DNA of 64,000 nucleotides from Candidatus Bathyarchaeota archaeon (GCA_963707955.1 OY970176.1:1632001-1696000), one strand, 5' to 3'; counted from the first letter of the stretch, positions 19,221 through 30,030 are shown. Notes: generated by a model not told the origin, from the sequence alone. Program-made: numbers and translations.

Positions 19221-19994
19221 ATGTCGGCGTCTCCGAGCGCTCGCGAGTCGGTTCTGGCCCGAAGAATCGCTGGCGAGATAATTCTCTCAAGTAAACCTGG
19301 AGCTACGATGCGGAAGTGGCGTGAACTTTTCGCTATTTCACAGATGAGGCTTTCAGACAAGATGGTGGTTTCATCATCAGTGATCAGCGACTACGAAAGT
19401 GGCAGGCGACCGAGCCCCGGAGCAAGGTTTGTGAGAAGATTTGTTTGGGCCTTGCTGAAAATCGATGAAGAACGTGGAAGTCGTTTCACACACGAGTTTG
19501 CCAAACTGACGAGTTCGCCGAGTAACGCCATAATAGACCTTCGCGAATTCCCACTGCCCGTGCGCGTGGAGCATCTGTGCAAAGCCATCGAGGGCAAAGT
19601 CGTGGCATGCATGGACAGATACGTTAGAGAGATTAACGGTTACACTGTTGTGGACAGCCAGAGGGCTGTTGAAACGCTTTCGGGGCTGGAGTTCTCTCAA
19701 CTCTTCGGTGTTACAACCGAGCGGGCGTTGATATTCACAAACATAGAAAATGGCATTTCTCCCATGCTCATCGTACGGGTCAGCAGTTTGAAGCCGCGTG
19801 TTGTGATTTTTCACGGCACTCAGCCGGACGAGTATTCGATACGGTTGGCGGAGTATGATGGCATCCCGCTCATATACTCCGGCCTGTCCAGTGTCGAGCG
19901 TCTGGTGAAATCTTTGAGAAAACTGTATCACATTGCTCTTCGCAGAAAGCTAGGCAGATCGGCACGTCCGCCGCCTCCGCAAGTGAGCGCATAA
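19221..19994 (+). CDS. XRE/cro-type HTH transcriptional regulator (archaeal COG1709-like)
   Basis: RRIAGEIILS, RKWRELF, SVISDYESGRR, ERALIFT. Confidence 0.85.
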   Translation: MSASPSARESVLARRIAGEIILSSKPGATMRKWRELFAISQMRLSDKMVVSSSVISDYESGRRPSPGARFVRRFVWALLKIDEERGSRFTHEFAKLTSSPSNAIIDLREFPLPVRVEHLCKAIEGKVVACMDRYVREINGYTVVDSQRAVETLSGLEFSQLFGVTTERALIFTNIENGISPMLIVRVSSLKPRVVIFHGTQPDEYSIRLAEYDGIPLIYSGLSSVERLVKSLRKLYHIALRRKLGRSARPPPPQVSA

Positions 19995-20026
19995 GAACCG
20001 TTTAGATTTTGACAACGTAAAATCTG

Positions 20027-20635
20027 CTAAGAAGTTGAAGGGCTGACAAGTCCCATTTTCAAAAGCTCGTCTTTTATCCGCTGGAAGTCTTCCTTCAACT
20101 GTTTCTTGTATCGCGCGCTGTATAGCGCTGCCGCAGGGTGAAACGTGGGGAAGACTGCAACCTTCAAGCCAAGAATAGATGTTTCATAAACCTTGCCTCG
20201 CGCCTGCGTTATGCTGTGGAAAGGTAACCTTGCTTTTGAGAGAATATATGCGGTTGAATGGTTGCCAAGAGTGACGATGAATCTTGGCCGGATAATGCCT
20301 ATCTGCTTGTTCAAGTAAGGTGTGCACGTTTCGATTTCATCGGGCCTGGGGTCACGATTTCTGGGGGGCCTGCACTTTACAACATTAGTGATGAAAACGT
20401 CTGTTCTTGAGAGCCCAGTTTCGGAGAGCAGAGTGTCTAAAAACTTTCCTGCTGCACCAACGAAAGGTTCGCCCTTCAAGTCTTCTGATTGACCCGGAGC
20501 CTCTCCGATGAACAGCACTCGGCTTTCAGGATTGCCAACTCCTGGGACAGCTTTTTTGCGGCCTTTCCAAAGGTCGCACTTGATGCAAACCACGACTTCT
20601 GCAGCAACAGCGTCTAGAAGATGTTTCTTAGACAA
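20027..20635 (-). CDS. udg: Uracil-DNA glycosylase family 4
   Basis: CxxC, GEAPG, PFVGAAG, NVVKCRPP, HPAAALY. Confidence 0.95.
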   Translation of the reverse strand: MSKKHLLDAVAAEVVVCIKCDLWKGRKKAVPGVGNPESRVLFIGEAPGQSEDLKGEPFVGAAGKFLDTLLSETGLSRTDVFITNVVKCRPPRNRDPRPDEIETCTPYLNKQIGIIRPRFIVTLGNHSTAYILSKARLPFHSITQARGKVYETSILGLKVAVFPTFHPAAALYSARYKKQLKEDFQRIKDELLKMGLVSPSTS

Positions 20636-20688
20636 GATGAGGCCATCTCGTATCCTCACTGTTCCATGAATCGGTCAGAGGCCATTGG

Positions 20689-20981
20689 TCAGCATAGGTG
20701 TTTTAGGGCGTCAGCTCCTTTCATGCCTACTTCGACGCCCAGGTTTTGGCCTTAGGCGTCACTGCTTTGACCTGTCCGTTGAGCACGTCATCAAAAGTCT
20801 TCACTCCGCTCACAACTGCGGCGGCTACGCCTAGTTTTTCAGCTGATTCGACGTTCAGGAAGCCGCACATGACGAAGCCTTTTTCGGCGGTGATGAGAAG
20901 AAGCGGTGGGCTATCCGGAAGATCTGTGCGGAGGCCCAAGCAACTCTTGCCGTCAACCTTAACTGTCATGATGCTTATCAT
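20689..20981 (-). CDS. YunC/DUF1805 family protein, 1-nt deletion near the 3' end (probable sequence error)
   Basis: GFVMCGFLN, GVKTFDDVL; frame continues LGVEVGMKGADAL after one missing A in a run. Confidence 0.8.
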
Positions 20982-21052
20982 GGCGAACACCTTTTAACTG
21001 CACACATAACATATCCACGCTTAAATAAGAATCGCTGGAGAAACACCTGCCA

Positions 21053-21673
21053 ATGCTGACGAGGCTGAAGCAGAAGATTCAATCCATGCTGGGGACTGAA
21101 GCAAGAATCGCACATGGAATCGGCCTCACGCCCAACAGGATAACCGTTCTCGGCGCTTTCCTAGCTTTCTTATCAGCTTTTGTCTACGCAAAATGGCAGG
21201 CGAACCCCCTTCTTCTCTTGCTTGCAACCGTTCTGCTTTTGCTTTCAGGGTTCTGCGACGCCTTGGACGGCGTGGTTGCCCGGTTGTATAAACAAGCGAC
21301 AGTGTTCGGTGGTTTTCTAGATTCTCTGCTTGACAGATACGCTGACGCTGCTGTGTACGTGGGCATAGGTTTCGGAGGGCTGTGCAATCTCTATTGGGGT
21401 TTGGCGGTTGCGATAGTAGGTTCGTTGCTGGTGAGCTACAGTCGGGCCAGAGCCGAGGCTGCGGGATTGAAAATGGAATCGATCGGCCTTGCGGAAAGAG
21501 CGGAACGCGTGTTAATACTTGCCGTTGCAAGTCTAGTGGCGATTTTCTGGCAACCTACCATGGTGATGAACGCGGCGATAATACTGCTTGCGGTGCTCAC
21601 AAACCTGACGGTCTTGCAAAGAAGCCTCTACGTTTACGGCAAATCAAAGAAAAAAGCATTGAGTGAAAACTAG
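21053..21673 (+). CDS. CDP-alcohol phosphatidyltransferase (archaetidylinositol phosphate synthase-like)
   Basis: TPNRIT, DALDGVVAR...GGFLDSLLDRYAD, SYSRARAE. Confidence 0.92.
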   Translation: MLTRLKQKIQSMLGTEARIAHGIGLTPNRITVLGAFLAFLSAFVYAKWQANPLLLLLATVLLLLSGFCDALDGVVARLYKQATVFGGFLDSLLDRYADAAVYVGIGFGGLCNLYWGLAVAIVGSLLVSYSRARAEAAGLKMESIGLAERAERVLILAVASLVAIFWQPTMVMNAAIILLAVLTNLTVLQRSLYVYGKSKKKALSEN

Positions 21674-21963
21674 AATCTTCTCGGTCGCGTGCGAATCCGT
21701 CGTTCGTTCTCTGCCCTTACCTTCACGACACCACGATGCACTGCGCACGACACGCAATAGTACTTGGTCGTGGATGGCATCTCAATGTACGTGCCTTTCT
21801 GGCGTAGCTCCTTCGCCAGTTGATAATCAACGATGGAGTGTCTCCTGGTTACTTTCTTAGCCTTGTCACGGGGTACCATCGACCCGCAACTTGCACATTG
21901 AACGACACCGCTGCTGCCCTTACCGCCCTTTGACCTTCCGCGGCTCTTTCGTTTGAACGGCAA
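21670..21963 (-). CDS. rps26e: 30S ribosomal protein S26e
   Basis: KRKSRGRSKG, VQCASCG, VPRDKAKK, YCVSCAVH. Confidence 0.95.
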   Translation of the reverse strand: MPFKRKSRGRSKGGKGSSGVVQCASCGSMVPRDKAKKVTRRHSIVDYQLAKELRQKGTYIEMPSTTKYYCVSCAVHRGVVKVRAENERRIRTRPRRF

Positions 21964-22088
21964 CTTTTTCTTACTCCTACACTTCCTTTAAGCAAACAAT
22001 CTGATCTGCTGCTTTATATATCTGTTCCAATTCCAATTTAAAGACGCCGAGAAATCTTTTAACGTGTACAACGCTAGAAAATGTCTCC

Positions 22089-22257
22089 ATGCGAAGAAAC
22101 CGTGTTTTCCTGCTGTCCTCTTCAATCGTGCTTCTAGCTTTGGCCTTGACTTTTTCAAGCGCGCGCTGACAGGCTGCCCTGCGGTTGCAGCGTCTAATTC
22201 GAAGGTTACGGTGCATTTCATCGACGTTGGTTCGGGTGACTCAATTCTAGCGTGCGC
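22089..22257 (+). pseudogene. 5' remnant of a secreted ComEC/MBL-fold hydrolase
   Basis: Signal peptide then VTVHFIDVGSGDSIL; frame broken at GCGCGCGC 22159 and truncated at GCGTGCGC 22250. Confidence 0.7.
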
Positions 22258-22270
22258 TGGTCGAAACGAA

Positions 22271-23161
22271 TCAGATGTCCTTTCTTAACTTCAGAATTGA
22301 CGCGATGTTCGCTTTCTTGTCGATTCTCGGGACGATTTTTCCGGTGGAAGATGTGAACAGTGTTGTGACCCCTGGGCCGTGACCGGCTATGACGCAGTTT
22401 GTGTGTACTGTGATGCCGACGGAGATCGCGCCTTGTTTGTATATCCTTCCGAAGGTGTGGTCTGCGTCAATTATGGCAACGAGGTCTCCTAGTCTCAGGT
22501 CGTCGAGGCCAAACTGTTTCCTCACTTTTTCATCGAAGAGCTGAATGTCGTAGTCTCCGGAATAAGTCTGGTTGGCGCCGAGTCCTGAGCCCATGATGGC
22601 GGCTGGAACCATGTGAGTGACCGGAACCTCCAGCTTGTCACCTTTCAATCTGGGTTTCAATGCTGTCAGAAACTTGGGGTCCAAATTCATCACCGTGACG
22701 TGAGGAGCGTCTAACAGTTGGAGGCCAACTCCGAAAGCTTTGACGAGAAACTTGTCCCCGATCACAAGTTTGTCCATGACCTCGGGCTGAACATCGACTA
22801 GCACGTGTTCTATGCCGCCGTGCTTGCCCGTGACAACTCCTTTTGAACCCTTGGCTTCGCCACTTATGATCGTGGCCTCATTCCCAACGCATGAGAGCAC
22901 GTTGAAGGCGGCGTTTGCGCCTTGTCCAAAGCGCGGGTCGTTCTCTTTGTTTTCAACGCTTACTCCAGGTTCAACATGATCGGCTTGCCATCCTGAGGCC
23001 GGGTCGCCTACCCTGATGTTATAGGTGATTCCTCCGACGCCTGGCAAGACCACTGGGTTCCCTTGAGCCGTGATCCTGTAGACGTCTCTTCCGAACACGG
23101 GGCTCACTACTTCGCCGACGACCGAGATCTTCACTAACTTGTCCTCGTTGGTTCTCAACAT
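22271..23161 (-). CDS. DUF4438-like conserved protein
   Basis: LPGVGGITYN, DHVEPGVS, GKHGGIEH, GDYDI, GHGPGVT. Confidence 0.8.
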   Translation of the reverse strand: MLRTNEDKLVKISVVGEVVSPVFGRDVYRITAQGNPVVLPGVGGITYNIRVGDPASGWQADHVEPGVSVENKENDPRFGQGANAAFNVLSCVGNEATIISGEAKGSKGVVTGKHGGIEHVLVDVQPEVMDKLVIGDKFLVKAFGVGLQLLDAPHVTVMNLDPKFLTALKPRLKGDKLEVPVTHMVPAAIMGSGLGANQTYSGDYDIQLFDEKVRKQFGLDDLRLGDLVAIIDADHTFGRIYKQGAISVGITVHTNCVIAGHGPGVTTLFTSSTGKIVPRIDKKANIASILKLRKDI

Positions 23162-23334
23162 TCAACATTCCACGTTAGATTATGTGGTTTGCAGGGCGGA
23201 CACTAATAAAACTTGGCCTAGTCAAAATTGTGACGTGCGAGGTGAATACGGGAAGTTTTAAATTTGGGGCTCTCTTTTGAGTTGAGTGAAGTCAAACCTT
23301 AATAGTGGCATGCATTATTTACGTGGCGAGAACC

Positions 23335-23918
23335 ATGGCTGAGATTGGACTAAGGTCTAAGATGCTGGTCAAAGACGTCATGAGCAGCCCAGCGGTTACC
23401 GTGGACGAAAATGCTCCTGCTAACAAAGTTGCGGAACTCATGGCTAAACACGAGTATGGATGCATCCTAGTGACGACCAAGCAGGCAAAGCCGATGGGAA
23501 TCATAACTGAGAGGGACCTTGTTGTAAGAGTCTTGGCTAAGAACGTCAAACCTGACACCGTTAGGGCTAAGACTTCATGACTTCTCCGCTGATGACGATC
23601 GAATCGGACGCAACGATAAACGAGGCAGCCAAGAGAATGAGCAAACTGAACATCAGACGTCTAGGAGTCACGTACAAGGGACAGCTTGTCGGAATAATAT
23701 CAAGCAAAGACGTCTTGGCCGTCATGCCTGAACTTTTGGAAACAATACAGGAGAAAGCCATGATAGAAGGTGAGAACATGGCTGAAGAAGCACAGAAGGA
23801 ATCGACACCCCTCACCGGATACTGCGACCACTGCGGAGTCTGGTCTGACAGCTTGACAGAAGTCAACGGCGAATTCCTCTGCGAGGACTGCAAGGTTGAA
23901 CTGGAAACTGAGGAGTGA
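23335..23918 (+). CDS. CBS-pair protein with C-terminal Zn ribbon; 1-nt deletion near 23570 (probable error)
   Basis: VKDVMSSP, GIITERD, then MTSPL in the next frame; CDHC...CEDC. Confidence 0.82.
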
Positions 23919-24715
23919 GAGGAGATCTTTTGCGTGTCAAAGAGGTCATGGATCAAAAGCATCCGTCGATCTATGAAGACCAGCTCGCCACGAAAGCACG
24001 CGCGATAATGAGAGAGTTTAACCTGAGGATTCTTCCAGTAACCGATAAGAACAAGATGCTTCTGGGAAAAGTTTCGCGCCGCGACGTGATGACCATTTCT
24101 TCATCCGTGTCGCCGATAACCGTGAAAGGCATTATGACATCTGCAAAGCACATCGCAACGGTTGAGGATGAGGTAACTTCAACGTTTAGAGCTATGCTTC
24201 GAGTGGATGTTTGGCATGCACCCGTTGTCGCTTCAGCCGAGGACAGAACCTACAGGGGGGTCGTAGGGTTAGAAAGCTTCATTGAATCACTGATGAAAAC
24301 GAGTCCTGACCGATTTGTGAAGGACGTTTCCGAAATCATGACCACAAAGGTCGTAACATGCTCTCCAGAGGACGAGATTGACGATATCTGGCGCCTCATG
24401 ACAGAAACGCGGTTCGCAGGATTGCCGGTTATTAAGAACGGGAAGTTTGCGGGCATCGTTACGCAGAAAGACCTTCTTGAATCTGGAGCTATGCTGCCGA
24501 CCTTCGAGTCTAAGAAAGGACGCTTCCGAGACTCGCCAAAAATATCTTCTGTAATGAATACAAACGTAGTTTCTGTTGAGCCTTCAACAAAGGTGATCAG
24601 AGTTGCCAGAGTCATGGTTACGAAGAACGTTGGAAGGATACCGGTGGCGGACAAGAATGGGAAACTGCTCGGTATAGTGGATCGCGAAGACGTAGCAAGA
24701 TTAGTTGTCAGGTGA
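23915..24715 (+). CDS. Four-CBS-domain protein
   Basis: Repeated LPV / GIV.xxD CBS motifs. Confidence 0.9.
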   Translation: MRGDLLRVKEVMDQKHPSIYEDQLATKARAIMREFNLRILPVTDKNKMLLGKVSRRDVMTISSSVSPITVKGIMTSAKHIATVEDEVTSTFRAMLRVDVWHAPVVASAEDRTYRGVVGLESFIESLMKTSPDRFVKDVSEIMTTKVVTCSPEDEIDDIWRLMTETRFAGLPVIKNGKFAGIVTQKDLLESGAMLPTFESKKGRFRDSPKISSVMNTNVVSVEPSTKVIRVARVMVTKNVGRIPVADKNGKLLGIVDREDVARLVVR

Positions 24716-24727
24716 GCGTGAGCACAA

Positions 24728-25636
24728 TTGAGCGGAGAAGGCTTCAGAAGAAGGCTGCGGGGAACAGGCCCCCTAGACTTGAAGACTCATCCTTCCAAGA
24801 ACCGTGAAGGCGAAATACTTACAGTTGCAAAAAGCCCCGTTGTAATGGTGGCTCCAACTACGCCTATTTATGACGCGGTTCAAAAAATGGCGAAGGAAGG
24901 ATTTCGCCGGCTACCCATAGCTAATCCTGGAACCAAATACTTGGAGGGAATCGTCACAGCCACGGACATAGTCAACTACCTCGGCGGCGGGCAAAAATTT
25001 GAGATAATCCAGCATAAGTACGGTGGAAACTTCTTCAAGGCCATAAACGAGCAGATCCGGCTCATAATGACTCAGAAAGTCATTTCGATCACGACTGAAG
25101 CAAAAATAGGTGAAGCAATCGAGAAGATGAAAGAATCAAACCTCGGCGGCTTGCCCGTAGTGGATGAAAAAAACAGCGTAAAAGCCATAGTGACCGAGCG
25201 TGACATCGCAGTTCTCTTCGCCGACCGAACGAGCGGCGTAACCGTTGCCCAACTCATGTCAGAGAACGTGGTCACGGCCTTGCCCCAAACGACGATATTT
25301 GAGGCTGAAAAAACCATGGTGACGCACGGATTCAGAAGATTGCCGATAATCTCTGACAGCAAGCTCATCGGCATAGTGACGGCCATGGACATCATCCGCT
25401 TCTTCGGCTGCGGAGAAGTCTTCAGCCACTTGCGATCCGGAACAATAATCCAAGTTTTAAACACGTCTGCGCTTGAGATAGCGACAAAAAACGTTTCAAC
25501 CGTAGAACCGGAAACCGACGTGGGTCAAGCTGCAAAGATCATGAGGGAGAAAGACATAGGAGCCGTTCCCGTTGTCAAGAACGGAGTGCTCGTAGGCATA
25601 TTCACAGAAAGGGACTTCTTCAAGATAATCGAGTAG
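24728..25636 (+). CDS. Four-CBS-domain protein
   Basis: FRRLPI, GIVTATDI, GIFTERD. Confidence 0.9.
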   Translation: MSGEGFRRRLRGTGPLDLKTHPSKNREGEILTVAKSPVVMVAPTTPIYDAVQKMAKEGFRRLPIANPGTKYLEGIVTATDIVNYLGGGQKFEIIQHKYGGNFFKAINEQIRLIMTQKVISITTEAKIGEAIEKMKESNLGGLPVVDEKNSVKAIVTERDIAVLFADRTSGVTVAQLMSENVVTALPQTTIFEAEKTMVTHGFRRLPIISDSKLIGIVTAMDIIRFFGCGEVFSHLRSGTIIQVLNTSALEIATKNVSTVEPETDVGQAAKIMREKDIGAVPVVKNGVLVGIFTERDFFKIIE

Positions 25637-25873
25637 CATCGAGTAGCCCTCGCTGTTGAGCTGTAGCCCTCTGTCATTCTTTTTCACTACTAAATGGAAA
25701 ATTCGGCCTCCACTGCACTCTTTCGCCATTTTGAATCCAGATTTTCACTGGCCATCCACAATCAATAGGCCGTCTGAAAAGTCTGAAAGAATATCACAAT
25801 TTCTCATGGAAACGACAAATGCCTAAATAAGATCATCAGTAATGCAAGCTAAGTATCAGGAGAAACAGGTAAC

Positions 25874-27013
25874 ATGGTCAAACCAGGCACTTATTTTTGG
25901 TCAGGAAACGAAACCTGCGTTGAAGCAGCAATAATCGCTGGTTGCAGATTCTTCGCTGGATACCCAATATCACCCTCAAACGAGATACCTGAACGCCTTT
26001 CAGAACGCCTACCGCAGGTTGACGGCATATTCATGCAGATGGAAGACGAGCTGGCTTCGATAGGCGCGGTTATGGGCGCCAGCTGGGCAGGGAAGAAGGC
26101 TATGACGGCCACTTCTGGACCGGGCTTCAGCCTGATGCAGGAGACTATTGGCTGGGGCTTCATGACTGAAACCCCGTGCGTGATAGTTGATGTTCAAAGA
26201 GTTGGACCGGGCACTGGACAGGCAACCAAGTGCGGTCAAGGAGACGTCATGCAAGCACGTTGGGGAACTCACGGTGACTACGCGGCAATCGCGCTTTCGC
26301 CTAACTCGGTGCAGGAGATGTTCGAAATTACGGTAAGAGCTTTTAACTTGGCTGAAAAGTATCGCACGCCCGTGATCCTGTTGGCAGACGAGACCATAGC
26401 TCATTTGAGGGAGCAGGCAACTGTGCCGCGACTTGAGCAAATAGAAATATTCGACCGAAAGAAACCAGGACCCAGCGACAGAGCTTTCTTCGGCTCGGAA
26501 GAAGTTGCTCCGATGCCGTCGGTAGGCGAAGGCTTCAACGTCGCTGTAACAGCTTCGACCCACGATGAGTATGGTGTCCGATTTACACAGGACCCGCTTG
26601 TTCACAGAAGAATGTTAAGCAAACTTAATGCCAAAATAAATGATCACGCAGACGACATCGTTGAAGTGGAAGACTACAACGTTGACGATTGCAAGGTTGG
26701 CATAGTCTCCTACGGCTGCACGTCCCGCGCTGTCTACGAGGCTACTGAACGGGCAGAAGCTGAAGGAATGAGAACGGGCTACGTCAGACTGAAGACAATC
26801 TGGCCTTTTCCAGACAAAGTCGTTAAACGACTCGCTGAAAGCGCTGAGAGAATAATCGTTCCAGAGATGAACCTTGGGCAAATCAGCCGCGAAGTACAAA
26901 GAGTTGCGTGCGACGCAGAGGTTATTCCGCTGAACAAGATCGGCGGAGGAGAACTTATCACGCCTGAAGAATTGCTGGCCAAGATTCTGGAAGGAGGCAA
27001 GCAAAGTGACTGA
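25874..27013 (+). CDS. korA: 2-oxoacid:ferredoxin oxidoreductase alpha subunit
   Basis: FFAGYPISP, QMEDELAS, TATSGPGFSLM, EMNLGQ. Confidence 0.92.
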   Translation: MVKPGTYFWSGNETCVEAAIIAGCRFFAGYPISPSNEIPERLSERLPQVDGIFMQMEDELASIGAVMGASWAGKKAMTATSGPGFSLMQETIGWGFMTETPCVIVDVQRVGPGTGQATKCGQGDVMQARWGTHGDYAAIALSPNSVQEMFEITVRAFNLAEKYRTPVILLADETIAHLREQATVPRLEQIEIFDRKKPGPSDRAFFGSEEVAPMPSVGEGFNVAVTASTHDEYGVRFTQDPLVHRRMLSKLNAKINDHADDIVEVEDYNVDDCKVGIVSYGCTSRAVYEATERAEAEGMRTGYVRLKTIWPFPDKVVKRLAESAERIIVPEMNLGQISREVQRVACDAEVIPLNKIGGGELITPEELLAKILEGGKQSD

Positions 27014-27846
27014 AGCGTTCTCACCTCGAAAATACATGAGAGACTTAAAATTGCCCTTCTGCGCAGGCTGCGGACTTTTTTCACTCAGTGACGCTTTTCT
27101 CAGAGCTGTACACGAGACTGGGCCACGAAGACCTGACAGGGTTCTGCTTCACAAGTGGCATAGGCTGCTCTTCATGGATTCCTTCGCCCTATTTTGAAGC
27201 CGATTCTGTGCACACACTTCATGGAAGAAGCATACCGCCCGCCACTAGCATAAAACTCATACGCCCAGACCTGAATGTCGTGGTCTTCGGCGGCGACGGA
27301 GACATAGTCGGCATAGGCCTGAGCCACTTCCTACACGCAGCGAGGAGAAACACCGATATCCTCGTCATAATGGGCAACAACATGGTTTACGGAATGACAG
27401 GCGGCCAAGTAGCCCCCACAACACCCTTCAAAACGCGGACGACAACCACGCCGTACGGAAACTTCGAGTATCCGATAGACGCGGCGAAGCTCGCGGTTGC
27501 GGCAGGAGCGGCATACTCAGCGCGATGGACAACCGCGCATCTGCACGAATTAGTAGAGTCCATCAAGAAAGCATTGCAGATGCAAGGTTTCAGGTTCATC
27601 GAAGTTGTGACCCACTGCCCAACAACCTACGGCAGGAGAGCAGGATTCAAAAACATCGCAGAAATGCTCAAACATTTCAAAGAAAACGCCGTCACAGTTG
27701 AGCAAGCTGAAAAGATGAGTCCTGAAGAGCTTGAAGCGAAAATAGTCATCGGAGAATTCGTTTCAAGAAGACGCCCAACACTGGTTGAAACAGTCTACGC
27801 CATGATTAAGGAGGCAAAGGAAAACGGCGAGCAAAACAGAGATTAG
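27006..27846 (+). CDS. korB: 2-oxoacid:ferredoxin oxidoreductase beta subunit; +1 insertion at about 27117 (probable error)
   Basis: FCAGCG, SGIGCS, HTLHGR, GGDGD, YGMTGGQ. Confidence 0.88.
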
Positions 27847-28351
27847 AATAGGCGGAAGTGGCGGGCAAGGCGTAGTCTTGGCTGCCCAAATATTGGGCAA
27901 GGCCGCAGTCCTAGATGGGAAAAACGCGTTACAAACGCAGGCATACGGGGCTGAAGCAAGAGGAAGCCTTGCCGAGAGTGAAGTCATAATCTCGGACAAC
28001 AAAATAGGGTTCCCAGCAGTCAGAAGACCCGATGTACTAGTGGCTATGAGCCAAGAAGCACTTGACAGGCTACTCAAGGATTTGAAGGAGAATGGAACGC
28101 TGATAATTGACAGTTCCAACGTGACCAAGGTGCCCGAGTCAAAGGCAACGGTCTATAGGTTTCCGATAACAGAAGCGGCGAAGAAAACTTTCGGAGAAGC
28201 CATGTATGCTAACATGGTTATGCTCGGAGCTTTCGTAAGGATGACCAGACTGGTCACAGTTCAATCAATGGAAAAAACGATAAGAGAAAATGTCTCTGCA
28301 AAGACTGTGGAAACCAACATCAACGCCTTTAGAAGAGGATTACAACTCTAA
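27824..28351 (+). CDS. 2-oxoacid:ferredoxin oxidoreductase gamma subunit, apparent ACG start
   Basis: EIRIGGSGGQGVV lies upstream of the first canonical start; YGAEARG, ANMVMLGA. Confidence 0.88.
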   Translation, partial: TASKTEIRIGGSGGQGVVLAAQILGKAAVLDGKNALQTQAYGAEARGSLAESEVIISDNKIGFPAVRRPDVLVAMSQEALDRLLKDLKENGTLIIDSSNVTKVPESKATVYRFPITEAAKKTFGEAMYANMVMLGAFVRMTRLVTVQSMEKTIRENVSAKTVETNINAFRRGLQL

Positions 28352-28524
28352 TCTAGCGTACGCTAGGTTTTCTGTTTGGATCTAGAATATTTGAACCCGA
28401 ACGATGTCAGCAGTGGCTCTGTCGTTTAAGCCTTAGTTTATCTTCTATCGTCCTGCAGATTGAGGATTTCTGTTTTTGAGGCTTTTCGTGAATTTGTCCT
28501 TGTTGCGTTTCCTCTAGGTCCTGT

Positions 28525-29313
28525 CTAACTTGGGCGTCTTGTTTGCACACTTTTTCTACGGACAATGACTGCTAGAAGTGTTGCCGTCATGAACAATGGC
28601 AGAACAAGAAGTGATGGAAACTCTGGTACAACCCCACTCCAATGGACAGTTAGTATAGGAGCATAATCTGAGATGGAAAATTCCTTAGAATTGAACGAAA
28701 TTGATGAGACGAGACCAGAAGGAGAGGGTTCAAACAAGACGATTGTTACTGTTCTGGTGGTGCTGGAAAGCTGTGAAGCTTGAGGTTGAAATTCACTATT
28801 CAAAGCGTATCTGACGGCGTCAACGACGCTCCAATTATACCATTGATTATTGGTTGCAACTAATACTGAGTCCATTGATGTCGTGTTGTAGCTAGGCATG
28901 TTGGAATATGTCAATGTCAATTCTGTCCAAGAAACAAAAGCAGATGCATTCAGGAAATCAGAACCTGAATAAGCATTAACATTGAATGATCCAGTAACGC
29001 TGGACGTGCGCAGCTGAAGTGTTGCCCCATCAATCACTGCCCCATCTGGAACAGAAGACAAATTGAATTTCAGCCATACTATGCTTTCGTAGGCACTATT
29101 GATTTGACTATTGTAATTCGTGATTTGAAGATAGTTCTGCTCGCCATAGTTTGAGTTTGGGTTGCTGGAATCAGCATAGGTATCGTCTGTCGGTTTGAGC
29201 GTAACGTCACCAACTTGAGCACTGACGGATTTGGTACTCAAAGAAAATAACAATACGACTAGGCCTAGTACGATCAGAAGCTTCCCACTAACATCAAACT
29301 TCTTTTCACTCAT
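28525..29313 (-). CDS. Secreted DNRLRE-like domain protein with PEF-type C-terminal sorting signal
   Basis: Signal peptide, PTDDTY...NYG, LKFNLSSVP, ATLQL, VPEFP + TM + RRK. Confidence 0.75.
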   Translation of the reverse strand: MSEKKFDVSGKLLIVLGLVVLLFSLSTKSVSAQVGDVTLKPTDDTYADSSNPNSNYGEQNYLQITNYNSQINSAYESIVWLKFNLSSVPDGAVIDGATLQLRTSSVTGSFNVNAYSGSDFLNASAFVSWTELTLTYSNMPSYNTTSMDSVLVATNNQWYNWSVVDAVRYALNSEFQPQASQLSSTTRTVTIVLFEPSPSGLVSSISFNSKEFSISDYAPILTVHWSGVVPEFPSLLVLPLFMTATLLAVIVRRKSVQTRRPS

Positions 29314-29529
29314 TCTTAAACCCCAAATTCATCTTCTCTTATGTTGAACAGCGCAGCCGTTGGATTTTATCCTAAGCTTTAGTACATCATGTTTCAGAAG
29401 CTAGTACGGCTTCACACCCACGCGCGCGCTTCTCATGCGACATAGAACTGGAAATGGGAAGTTTCCATCATTCTTTTTAGGCTGGTTTCGTTGTGTACTG
29501 CAACAACTTCAGCGAATTGTGACCATTCC

Positions 29530-30030
29530 ATGAGCGTGCGAATCAGGAAAGTGAAGGATGAAGAGGTTTCAGCAATCCTTAGATGGCTAGACGACCCTCC
29601 TTTCCGTTCCGAGTTTCTGGCATTCGGCAGAGATTCGGATTCAATGGTTGCTGAGAAGTTAGGAGACGTGGTTCACGGTACGGAAGAGGCAAGTTATCTA
29701 GTGATCGAACGGATAACGGATTCAAAGCTTATCGGCTTAGTGTTCTCCCACAAAGTTTCCAATTTTCATTACTTCGAAGTGGGGTTCTACGTTATTCCTC
29801 AGGAAAGAAGCAAGGGCTACGGCACGAAAGCCATGAGATTACTCCTGGAATACATCTTCGAAACCCAATCAGTTAAGACGATTGTGGCTGGAACGTCTTC
29901 TCTGAACGTAGCATCGCAGAAGGCCTTGCTGAAAGCTGGGTTCAAAAAAGTTGGGATGCTCAAGAAGACACTTTTCAGGAATGGTTCGTGGGAAGATTCG
30001 ATAATCTACCAAGTCACGGGCGATGAGTGA
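29530..30030 (+). CDS. RimJ/RimL-type GNAT acetyltransferase
   Basis: EVGFY, ERSKGYGTKA, NVASQKALLKAGF. Confidence 0.88.
   Translation: MSVRIRKVKDEEVSAILRWLDDPPFRSEFLAFGRDSDSMVAEKLGDVVHGTEEASYLVIERITDSKLIGLVFSHKVSNFHYFEVGFYVIPQERSKGYGTKAMRLLLEYIFETQSVKTIVAGTSSLNVASQKALLKAGFKKVGMLKKTLFRNGSWEDSIIYQVTGDE

Noticed and set aside
20727-23580. Frameshifts in yunC (about 20745) and the first CBS gene (about 23570) as further BHB introns
   Set aside because: Each is a 1-nt deletion in a short A run with no inserted sequence.
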